Positions 1 through 8,075 of a stretch of 32,000 nucleotides of DNA are shown here, piece by piece. A model generated the notes under the pieces. It saw nothing but the letters and a program-made list of their open reading frames with translations. It was not told where the DNA came from and searched no databases. The translations under genes were made by a program, and so were the position numbers. Within the stretch, counting starts at the first letter, position 1. Each line of letters begins with the position of its first letter. Origin of the DNA: Caedibacter taeniospiralis (GTDB lineage: Bacteria; Pseudomonadota; Gammaproteobacteria; Francisellales; Francisellaceae); assembly GCF_002803295.2 (NCBI RefSeq), contig NZ_PGGB02000015.1:60-32059 (forward strand), written 5' to 3'.

Positions 1-443
1 TAGGGAGGCAAAGGCATATGACCATGATCAGCCATGAGCTGCCAGACATTCCCCTCAATAAGTTTAAGACGGTACAGACCATCTTTTTTATCCACGACTT
101 CTGCCCCGGCATCGGCCATCTCTATGATTGAACCTAGTTTTGGTGCCCTATTAGCGCGAATATGACTAATACAGCTTTGATCATCGAGTATTTTCTCAAT
201 GAGAAATTCAAGTTTAGCTCCTGAGTCTTTTTGTCCAAAAAGACGCGCTGCCATGACACGAGAATTATTAAAAACGACTAAGTCCCCAGGCTGAATATAA
301 TGAATAATTTCACTGAAAATGTGGTTACTGAGTTCACTTGTTTTGCGATTAAGCACAAGAAGCCTGCTTTGATCACGCTCTTTAGCAGGGTAGCGCGCGA
401 TTAATCCTTCAGGCAATTCGTAATCAAAAATATCTGTTTTCAT
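1..443 (-). CDS. queA: S-adenosylmethionine:tRNA ribosyltransferase-isomerase, C-terminus cut by window edge
   Basis: Manual translation from the ATG at 443 gives MKTDIFDYELPEGLIARYPAKERDQSRLLVLNRKT...GDLVVFNNSRVMAARLFGQK...HIRANRAPKLG...GHMPLPP, typical QueA motifs. Confidence 0.93.
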   Translation of the reverse strand, partial: MKTDIFDYELPEGLIARYPAKERDQSRLLVLNRKTSELSNHIFSEIIHYIQPGDLVVFNNSRVMAARLFGQKDSGAKLEFLIEKILDDQSCISHIRANRAPKLGSIIEMADAGAEVVDKKDGLYRLKLIEGNVWQLMADHGHMPLPP

Positions 444-491
444 ACACTGGTATTTTTAAGTTGCTACTTGGCGTTACCACCGTTCATCGAC

Positions 492-520
492 AAACAAAAA
501 AGGCGCCATTGGCGCCCCTT
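492..520 (-). terminator. Rho-independent terminator after rpmA
   Basis: Minus strand reads GGCGCC-AAT-GGCGCC-TTTTTTGTTTG, just downstream of the rpmA stop. Confidence 0.85.
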
Positions 521-551
521 TCATCTTTAACAAAAGTCACTGATCAATCAA

Positions 552-821
552 TTAAGCGTTACCAGCAACCGCTTCAATCGAAACGAATTGACGATTTAAA
601 GGTCCACTGACATGGAACTTAACAACACCATCTGACTTTGCAAACAAGGTGTGATCACGTCCACAACCTACGTTGACGCCTGGATGGAATTTTGTACCAC
701 GTTGACGCACGATAATGCTTCCAGCTTTCACTGTTTCACCACCGTAGCGCTTAACACCCAGGTACTTGGGATTCGAGTCGCGACCGTTACGAGTACTACC
801 GCCTGCTTTCTTATGAGCCAT
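552..821 (-). CDS. rpmA: 50S ribosomal protein L27
   Basis: [29 protein letters not shown]... is a canonical L27. Confidence 0.98.
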   Translation of the reverse strand: MAHKKAGGSTRNGRDSNPKYLGVKRYGGETVKAGSIIVRQRGTKFHPGVNVGCGRDHTLFAKSDGVVKFHVSGPLNRQFVSIEAVAGNA

Positions 822-839
822 GTTTTACTCCTTCTTAGA

Positions 840-1151
840 TTAACCTTGAATTGCTGTAATTTTAACCGCCGTATAATACTGGCGATGCCCTTGACGTTTC
901 ATGCTGTGCTTACGGCGACGAAACTTAATAATTTGTATTTTCTTATGACGACCCTGCTCAATGACTTCAGCAACCACCTTAGCGCCTTCAACAACAGGGC
1001 TGCCTACTTTGATTTCATCACCATTTTGCAGCATCAAAACCTCGGTAAATTCAACGCTTTCACCAATGCCTTTTTCGATTTTCTCTAGCTTAAGCACAGC
1101 CCCTTCTTTGGCTTTATGCTGTTTGCCGCCACTTTTAATAATTGCGAACAT
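840..1151 (-). CDS. rplU: 50S ribosomal protein L21
   Basis: [17 protein letters not shown]...[32 protein letters not shown]; adjacent to rpmA. Confidence 0.98.
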   Translation of the reverse strand: MFAIIKSGGKQHKAKEGAVLKLEKIEKGIGESVEFTEVLMLQNGDEIKVGSPVVEGAKVVAEVIEQGRHKKIQIIKFRRRKHSMKRQGHRQYYTAVKITAIQG

Positions 1152-1279
1152 ATTATTCTCCGATTACTCAAGCTGGCTTTCACCGCTTGACTTTTTGTTA
1201 TTTTTTCAAGAAAAGTGCTTTACAAAAAAAGCGTTGAGATTTTAGTGTTTTTGGGGGCAAAGAGCAATATTAATTTTGC

Positions 1280-1570
1280 TCAAGGCTTAATAAATTCAAC
1301 GATATTTCCCGAGGGGTCTTTGGCATAGCACGATAAGCTACCATCACGATGTTGGTTTAATTTACCATAACTTTCAGCTTTATCGGAGCTAAAGGCAATG
1401 TGTGCAGGGTGTTGATGTGACATGACAAAGGCAAGTTTGACATTGGCAAATTCAACCATTGCCCAAGTATCATCCTGATAAATGAGCCTGGCATTAAAAT
1501 GCGATAAATACCATTTTACCGTTTCATCCAAGTTTTTCACCACTAGGGCAACATGATCCATTCTATCCAT
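1280..1570 (-). CDS. VOC/glyoxalase-like superfamily protein
   Basis: DHVALVVKNLDETVKWYLSHFNARLIYQDDTWAMVEF...FAKDPSGNIVEFI-like VOC fold pattern. Confidence 0.8.
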   Translation of the reverse strand: MDRMDHVALVVKNLDETVKWYLSHFNARLIYQDDTWAMVEFANVKLAFVMSHQHPAHIAFSSDKAESYGKLNQHRDGSLSCYAKDPSGNIVEFIKP

Positions 1571-1621
1571 TTTAATACCCTCTTTTACTGCTGTCTGTAC
1601 TGTTTGCGATGGGTATATAGC

Positions 1622-2887
1622 TTAAGAGCGCACCTTGCGTGCTGCATTATGATTTCTCGTTGGTTTTTGACCATCGCGATGTTCTATTTTGGGTTTTTTC
1701 GGGCTTATTTTCTGTGCGTGTTTATAGTTATGAACATTAGATTCAGGCAAGTTATGCACGGGATCAAACCCATCAATAATTACTCGCTCTAATGGTTTCT
1801 TCAACAAGCGTTCAATATCCGCCAATTGTTTAAATTCATCGGCACTGACTAATGAAATTGCCTCCCCAGTAGCTCCAGCTCTTCCCGTTCGACCAATGCG
1901 ATGGACATAGTCCTCAGGCACACTAGGTAAGTCAAAATTCACCACCTGTGGCAACTGGTCAATATCAAGACCACGCGCAGCAATGTCTGTCGCAACCAAT
2001 ACCTGCAGCGCATTACTTTTAAAATCAGCCAATGCTTTCGTGCGCGCACCCTGGCTTTTGTTGCCATGAATTGCCGCACTATGAATACCTGCCTGCAGAA
2101 GCTTACCAGATAAATGATTAGCCCCATGTTTGGTACGCGAAAAAACAAGTACCTGACTCCAGGCTTGTTCCTTGATAAGCTTGATCAGCAACGCCGTTTT
2201 TTGCTTTTTATCTACTGGCGAAATCCAATGTTTTACCTGGGCAGTTGTCTGGTTTGGCGGGCTAACTGAAATTTCCAGAGGATTATGGACAATTTCCTTG
2301 GCAAGCTTTCTGATCTCATCAGAAAATGTCGCTGAGAACATTAAATTTTGACGTTTACTGGGTAATAACTTTAGGATCTTTTTAATATCATGAATAAAGC
2401 CCATATCCAACATTCGATCCGCTTCATCTAATACTAAAAACTTTAAGCGATCAAAACGAATCGCATTTTGCTGATAAAGATCCAAGAGTCTTCCAGGTGT
2501 AGCAACAAGAATATCAGCGCCTTTGCGCAGCTTCATCATCTGCGGGTTGATTTTCACGCCCCCAAACACCACAGCGGAACGCAAATGAGTATGCTTACTG
2601 TACGCTTGAATACTCTCTTGAACTTGTGCAGCAAGCTCTCGCGTTGGCGTAAGAATCAACGCATGGGTTTGATTTGCTCCCGCTTGCGGTGAATTGATTA
2701 ACATTTCGACAATTGGCAAACTAAACGCTGCTGTTTTACCCGTGCCTGTTTGCGCTGCCGCCAGAATATCTCGACCTTGCAAAATAACGGGAATGGCTTG
2801 TTGTTGAATAGGAGATGGCTCGGAGTAACCTTGCTGTGAAAGTGCTTCTAAAATCGGGGTACTAAGCCCAAGGGATGTAAATGGCAT
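1622..2887 (-). CDS. rhlE: DEAD-box ATP-dependent RNA helicase, RhlE type
   Basis: [43 protein letters not shown] motifs and a basic C-terminal tail. Confidence 0.93.
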   Translation of the reverse strand: MPFTSLGLSTPILEALSQQGYSEPSPIQQQAIPVILQGRDILAAAQTGTGKTAAFSLPIVEMLINSPQAGANQTHALILTPTRELAAQVQESIQAYSKHTHLRSAVVFGGVKINPQMMKLRKGADILVATPGRLLDLYQQNAIRFDRLKFLVLDEADRMLDMGFIHDIKKILKLLPSKRQNLMFSATFSDEIRKLAKEIVHNPLEISVSPPNQTTAQVKHWISPVDKKQKTALLIKLIKEQAWSQVLVFSRTKHGANHLSGKLLQAGIHSAAIHGNKSQGARTKALADFKSNALQVLVATDIAARGLDIDQLPQVVNFDLPSVPEDYVHRIGRTGRAGATGEAISLVSADEFKQLADIERLLKKPLERVIIDGFDPVHNLPESNVHNYKHAQKISPKKPKIEHRDGQKPTRNHNAARKVRS

Positions 2888-2965
2888 AATGTTTTCGCAA
2901 ATTTAATATTTGCCGCCAAGGATAAAGCGCTTCATTAAAAATAGATAGAGTTCAGGCAGAAATAA

Positions 2966-3400
2966 TTACCTGCCAATCTCTTTTTGTAACTTAATCATAT
3001 CCAGCGCTGCTTTCAGTGCGTATTTCCCCTTATGCCCTTTCTCTCCGCCTACGCGCGCCAGTGCCTGCTCCTTATCATGCGTTGTTAGCACGCCAAAGAT
3101 CACTGGCAAATCATAGCTTAGCATTACCTCTTGCGTGCCTTGTGAAACCTGCATGCACACGTAATCATAATGATCTGTCTGCCCACGAATAACGCATCCT
3201 AAAAGCACAATTGCATCATATTTTTTGGTTTTAGCGAGCTGTTTTGCGGCAAATGGCAACTCCACAGCCCCTGGCACTTTATACACCTTAGGTGTTTTAA
3301 TCCCTTGAGCGACGGCTTCTTCTAAAGCACCCTCCAACAATTTATCGGTGATAAGCGCATTAAATTCACTCACCACAATGGCAATCTTTGGCATGTTCAT
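2966..3400 (-). CDS. ribH: 6,7-dimethyl-8-ribityllumazine synthase
   Basis: VVSEFNALITDKLLEGA...VPGAVELPFAAKQLA...DAIVLLGCVIRGQTDHYDYV...PVIFGVLTT. Confidence 0.96.
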   Translation of the reverse strand: MNMPKIAIVVSEFNALITDKLLEGALEEAVAQGIKTPKVYKVPGAVELPFAAKQLAKTKKYDAIVLLGCVIRGQTDHYDYVCMQVSQGTQEVMLSYDLPVIFGVLTTHDKEQALARVGGEKGHKGKYALKAALDMIKLQKEIGR

Positions 3401-4605
3401 ACTCCTTTAATCGTGTGTTTAAGTCGTTGTTTTTTGGTTTGTAAATAATGTTTATTGTGTGCGTGAATGAGAGACTCTGATACCAGTACTTCGACCGCAA
3501 TGCCTGCGTTTTGCAAGGCCTGAACCTTCTTAGGATTGTTGGACAATAGCTGGCACTTCTCAACGCCATAATACTTTAATATTTGTACGGCATGATCATA
3601 ACCGCGATTATCCACGGGCAAGTTCAGTGCTTCATTAGCGTCTATCGTGTCAAGTTTTTGTGTGCGTTGCAGCTCATACGCCTTAAGCTTATTGATTAAA
3701 CCAATGTTTCTGCCTTCCTGATCAAGATAAATTAACACCCCACCATGCTCTGAAATTTCGTGCAAGGCGTGATGCAATTGTGACTGGCAATCGCATTTCA
3801 ATGAGCCAAACAAATCCCCTGTAATACACGATGAATGAATACGCACCAAAGGATTGGCGTTGATGTCTTTACTTAAGACCTTAATCTCAGCCTTTGTTAC
3901 AGGATCAACAAAAACGGTCATTTCAAGCTCTCCATACGCATAAAGCGGGATAACCGTGCTTACTGCTTTTTTTATTACCTTCTCAGTTGCCAGGCGATAT
4001 AGCCTAAGCTCCTCAATGCTTAAAACAGGCAAATCATGCGTTAGCGCAAAGTGCGCAATTTCCTCGCCCTTCATCATAGTGCCATCTTTGTTCATGAGCT
4101 CACATAAAACAGCCGCAGGATGAAAGCCTGCCATTTTAACCAGATCAACACTTGCCTCGGTGTGCCCTTGGCGTCCCAAGACACCATAATCATTGGCGAT
4201 CAAGGGGAAAATATGTCCAGGGCGACTAATCTCACCTGGCGTTACATTGGGGTTTGACGCCACTTGAATCGTATGCGCACGATCTTTGGCAGACACCCCC
4301 GTTGTTACCCCCTCTTTTGCCTCAATGGTCACAGTAAAAGGTGTGGTAAACTGGCTGGTATTTAAATCTGCTGGCACCATAGGGGTTAATTGCAAACGTT
4401 TAGCATGTGCTTTGGACATGGCTAAACAAATAATACCACTGGCATTTTGCAGCATTAAATTAATATTTTCAGGATTTGCCAATTGTCCTGGGAAAATCAA
4501 ATCCCCTTCATTTTCGCGATTCTCATCATCAGTCACAATGATGCTTTTACCTTGCTTTAAGGCACTAACCGTTGTTTCTACACGCTGTTTAATTTTTTGA
4601 AACAC
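3397..4605 (-). CDS. ribBA: Bifunctional 3,4-dihydroxy-2-butanone-4-phosphate synthase / GTP cyclohydrolase II-like protein
   Basis: RibB: IIVTDDENRENEGDLI, MAKAHAKRL region. RibA: RIHSSCITGDLFGSLKCDCQSQL, LDQEGRNIGL. A GTG start at 4605 with upstream GGAG is preferred over the track's upstream start at 4707. Confidence 0.93.
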   Translation of the reverse strand: MFQKIKQRVETTVSALKQGKSIIVTDDENRENEGDLIFPGQLANPENINLMLQNASGIICLAMSKAHAKRLQLTPMVPADLNTSQFTTPFTVTIEAKEGVTTGVSAKDRAHTIQVASNPNVTPGEISRPGHIFPLIANDYGVLGRQGHTEASVDLVKMAGFHPAAVLCELMNKDGTMMKGEEIAHFALTHDLPVLSIEELRLYRLATEKVIKKAVSTVIPLYAYGELEMTVFVDPVTKAEIKVLSKDINANPLVRIHSSCITGDLFGSLKCDCQSQLHHALHEISEHGGVLIYLDQEGRNIGLINKLKAYELQRTQKLDTIDANEALNLPVDNRGYDHAVQILKYYGVEKCQLLSNNPKKVQALQNAGIAVEVLVSESLIHAHNKHYLQTKKQRLKHTIKGV

Positions 4606-5197
4606 TTTGCATTTTCTCCATATAACGATAAATATGCTTGCCAATTGGATCGGCTTCCAGATTGACACTTGTGCCCACTTGATAATGTTTAACAACCGTA
4701 GACTCAATGGTGTGCGGGATAAAGGTTACCGTAAAATAGCCATTTTTGACTTCAATCACGGTGATACTCATACCATCGATAGTCACAAAGCCTTTATTGA
4801 CCAAATAGTGTAAAATTTCTTTGGGCGCATTAATGGCTACAAGCCAGGCATCTCCCTCGTGAATGATCCGTTTTATCACGCCAATACCATCCACGTGCCC
4901 CTGCACCATATGTCCACCGACAAAGTCATTTAAGCGTAATGACAATTCTAAATTTACTAAGCTCCCCATTCTAAGCCTGCTTAAATTAGTTTTACGCAAG
5001 GTTTCTGCTACTGCTTCAAAACTCACTAAATCTTGCGACTTATCCAGTGCGACTACAGTTAAACACACACCATTAATAGCAATGCTATCTCCGATTTTAC
5101 AGTCTTTAAGTTGTTGTGAGTGAATGACTAAAGTCATCACCTCACCCCCAAAAGCAAACACAACTTCTGCAACTTCTTGAACAATACCACTGAACAT
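4589..5197 (-). CDS. ribE: Riboflavin synthase alpha subunit
   Basis: MFSGIVQEVAEV...NGVCLTVV...NLELSLRLNDFVGGHMVQGHVDGIG...TVSFIPHT-like duplicated lumazine-binding domains. Confidence 0.96.
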   Translation of the reverse strand: MFSGIVQEVAEVVFAFGGEVMTLVIHSQQLKDCKIGDSIAINGVCLTVVALDKSQDLVSFEAVAETLRKTNLSRLRMGSLVNLELSLRLNDFVGGHMVQGHVDGIGVIKRIIHEGDAWLVAINAPKEILHYLVNKGFVTIDGMSITVIEVKNGYFTVTFIPHTIESTVVKHYQVGTSVNLEADPIGKHIYRYMEKMQSVSKN

Positions 5198-5200
5198 TGA

Positions 5201-6262
5201 TTACTCCATCTCCGCTATACAATAATAATCAGCTTTCAGAAAGCCCATTTCTTTAATATTAACGACTACTTTCTGTCTAAATTCACAGATAATCACGGGC
5301 GCAATATAGGCTTGCACTTCATTCACAAGATTTGCGCTAAAAAAGGCGTTAAGCAAGGTTTGTCCACCCTCAACTAAAACACTGCTAATCTCTTTGGCAG
5401 CAAGCACAATCAAAACTTCATGTAAGTCAAGCTCATGATCTTTGTTTAACGCAACCTCAATGCACTCAACCCCTTTATCTTGTAGTGCATAGAGCGTTTG
5501 TTTGTCGGCAAGATGACTGGTAAACACAATTGTTTTAGCCGTTTTGTCATTGAAAAGCACTGCATTAAGTGGTAAATCTGCCGTTTTTGACAACACCACA
5601 CGCGAGGGATGTTTAATCATTTGACTGTCTGTCATACGCACCATAAGTTTTGGATTATCAGCCACGACAGTCTTGCGACCAACGATAATTGCATCGACCT
5701 GATTGCGTAGATTATGCACCTCGCGTTTTGAGGCTTGATCGGTAATTTGCTTACTGTCATTAAGATGCGTTGTCATATGACCATCCAGTGACATTCCCCA
5801 TTTAGCAATAACATAGGGCAAATGTGTCTGATGATAATGAAAGAAAATTTTATTTAAGCTTATTGCTTCCTGTTGCATTAAACCAAGCTCTACTACAATG
5901 CCCGCGTCTTGCAGGCGTTTAACTCCCTTGCCTGAAACTTCAGGATTTGGATCTAAGGTGGCAACAACGACTTTAACAACTTGCGCCTTTATTAGAGCAT
6001 CTGTGCACGGTCCAGTTTTCCCAAAATGACAACATGGCTCAAGCGTTACATAAACGCTTGCATTTTTTGCATTTTCCCCCGCTTGATCTAAGGCGTGAAT
6101 CTCAGCGTGTTTATCGCCTGCAAATCGATGCCAGCCCTCACCGATAATCTGTCCATTTTTAACAATAACACAGCCTACCATGGGATTTGGAGAAACACTT
6201 AAGCGTCCACGCCTGGCAAGCACAAGCGCCTGACTCATATAAAAACGATCTGCTTGAAACAT
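5201..6262 (-). CDS. ribD: Bifunctional diaminohydroxyphosphoribosylaminopyrimidine deaminase / 5-amino-6-(5-phosphoribosylamino)uracil reductase
   Basis: MSQALVLARRGRLSVSPNPMVGCVIVKNG...HAEIHALDQAG...VYVTLEPCCHFGKTGPCTDALI; reductase domain downstream. Confidence 0.97.
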   Translation of the reverse strand: MFQADRFYMSQALVLARRGRLSVSPNPMVGCVIVKNGQIIGEGWHRFAGDKHAEIHALDQAGENAKNASVYVTLEPCCHFGKTGPCTDALIKAQVVKVVVATLDPNPEVSGKGVKRLQDAGIVVELGLMQQEAISLNKIFFHYHQTHLPYVIAKWGMSLDGHMTTHLNDSKQITDQASKREVHNLRNQVDAIIVGRKTVVADNPKLMVRMTDSQMIKHPSRVVLSKTADLPLNAVLFNDKTAKTIVFTSHLADKQTLYALQDKGVECIEVALNKDHELDLHEVLIVLAAKEISSVLVEGGQTLLNAFFSANLVNEVQAYIAPVIICEFRQKVVVNIKEMGFLKADYYCIAEME

Positions 6263-6412
6263 AAAAAATGCCCTCAGGTTTCATCTATTATCAGGGCGAG
6301 ACAAAAGAAATAACCACATGAAAATTTAAGACATTAAGCATAAATTCAAAATTTGACATTTAAAATTCAGCATTAACTTCTTAAATGACATATGTACATA
6401 AATCATTCTTAT

Positions 6413-6560
6413 TTCTTCTTTCATCCGGACTATAACCGTCGGCTCTGGAATTTCACCAGATCTGCTGACCTTTTGCGTTGACACAAAAGCGCTCGTGGGC
6501 TTTCCTGTTTTTTATTTCAAGAATTACCACCGGTGGGGAATTTCACCCCGCCCTGAAGAA
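6413..6560 (-). promoter_or_regulatory. FMN riboswitch (RFN element)
   Basis: Minus strand reads ttcttcagggcggggtgaaattccccaccggtggtaa...aagcccacgagcg...ggtgaaattccagagccgacggttatagtccggatgaaagaagaa, matching the conserved RFN core; closing P1 ttcttc/gaagaa; upstream of ribD. Confidence 0.96.
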
Positions 6561-6665
6561 CTGCGGCAGAGTCTACGTGGTTTTAAATCAAAAATCTAGT
6601 ACAACAAGCACTTCAACAGTGCTCCATTATGCTCGCGAAAAATGCAATGGCAAAGCCACTACCAA

Positions 6666-6689
6666 CCTGACTACTCTAGAGTAGTCAGG
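6666..6689. repeat. Perfect 24-bp palindrome CCTGACTACTCTAGAGTAGTCAGG
   Basis: Read directly; similar to the palindrome at 14674-14697. Confidence 0.8.
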
Positions 6690-6846
6690 CACTCCCTAAG
6701 TGATCAAGTCAGATGGTTTACGATGGGTAGATTACTGCTGCTTTACACTAAGCCTAAAAAGATGAGGTATTATCTGAATACGCTGGCAATTTCCCTCCAG
6801 GCGCTATACCATAGCCTAAATCTTCTACTGTTATATAAACGCACTC

Positions 6847-7849
6847 ATGGCTAAGAAAATCTATATCGGCAGCTCAAACTTTGCCGAACTCATCACTGAA
6901 AACGCGGTTTTTGTTGATAAAAGCCTGCTTATCAGGGATATAATCGAAGATACCAGTAAAGTGATATTAATCACGCGCCCCAGGCGCTTTGGCAAGACGC
7001 TAAACATGTCCATCAGGACTTGCCATTTACAACCCCTGGTCGATTTTGAATTGTCTGCATAAAAAGGGAAAATTTGATGACTATTGGGTGCATACCTCAA
7101 ATAACAAGATGATTGAAACCCTGCTGCTGAAATTCCGTGAAGATGTGCATCCTGCGGTGACACAATTGATGGAATATAAGACGGCAGAAGTCATTATCGA
7201 TCGCCATGTGACCTATGACACGCTGGATATTCAATCGAGCAGTTTATGGAGTTTGTTGCTGTTTGCAGGCTATCTAACGGCAGAAACCGCAAGAAGAACC
7301 GATGAGTTATTGTATGAATGCACGGTGCGTCTGCCCAATATCGAAATTGTGCATCTGCTAAATTACTACTTCAAGATCTGGTTAAACAATCGCATCGGTG
7401 TGCAATATCAATCGTTTTTAAATAATCTGGTTGAAGGCAAGGTGGAGAAGTTCAGCGAACAATTAAATACTTACCTCACTGAAGCCTTAAGTGTCAGAGA
7501 CACAGGCTATACCGCCGAGAAGTTTTATCATGGACTGGTGTTGGGCTTAATCGCCTCCCTAAGATCAACTCATATTATCCACTCCAATCATGAATCGGGA
7601 GATGGTTATCCCGATGTGCTACTTTATCCCTTAGCCAATAATCAAAAGCACGATTTAGGCATAGTGATGGAATTTAAGCATGCCAGGGAAGATGGCAGTG
7701 AAAACTTAGACAAACTTGCCAGGCAAGCGCTAAGCCAGATTGATGCTAAAAATTACAGCACTGAGCTAACATCTCAATCTCAAGTAAAGCGCATATTGAA
7801 GCTTGGTTTAGCGTTTAATCATAAACAAGTGATTGTCAAACACCATTGA
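6847..7849 (+). pseudogene. Decayed AAA-ATPase-like / PD-(D/E)XK nuclease domain protein
   Basis: N-terminal IYIGSSNFAELITENAVFVDKSLLIRDII...VILITRPRRFGKTLNMS jumps directly to IYNPWSILNCLHKKGKFDDYWVHTSNN... in another frame. It continues to a C-terminal nuclease-like part (GLVLGLIASLR...ESGDGYPDVLLYP...GIVMEFKHA). The middle of the ATPase domain is missing. Confidence 0.85.
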
Positions 7850-7901
7850 GTGTTAGGGAATTCCAACTTAATAACCTGCCTCGCGATGAGAAGAGCAAAC
7901 A

Positions 7902-7935
7902 GGTGGATGCGCCTTAGGTTTATCCGCCCTACTAC
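7902..7935. repeat. Intergenic palindromic repeat family A, copy 1
   Basis: ggtggatgcgccttaggtttatccgccctactac, near-identical to copies at 18111 and 20276. Confidence 0.8.
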
Positions 7936-7989
7936 CAAACAAATGGGTAGTCTTAGGGCGCCAGAATAAATAAAGTCAACCAAAAGCTG

Positions 7990-8013
7990 ATTCCCATGCT
8001 TCAGCGTGGGAAT
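7990..8013. repeat. Intergenic hairpin, 11-bp stem with one G-T wobble, 2-nt loop
   Basis: attcccatgct-tc-agcgtgggaat, between the convergent pseudogene and relA. Confidence 0.6.
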
Positions 8014-8075
8014 ACATAATCTTGTACTCTAAGGTAAATTTTAAAAATCTCGTTCTCTTATTAAACCTGAACTTC

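Noticed and set aside
651-1088. 145-aa plus-strand ORF
   Set aside because: Antisense shadow of rpmA/rplU; a cysteine/threonine-rich sequence with no family resemblance.
4286-5123. Plus-strand ORFs at 4286, 4607 and 4863
   Set aside because: Antisense shadows of ribBA and ribE, which are unambiguous.
6478-6854. Plus-strand ORFs at 6478 and 6642
   Set aside because: They read through the FMN riboswitch antisense and the palindrome; no protein family resemblance.
6847-7849. AAA-ATPase/PD-(D/E)XK gene as an active anti-phage system
   Set aside because: Most of the ATPase domain is missing and out of frame, and there is no partner gene; better explained as a pseudogene.
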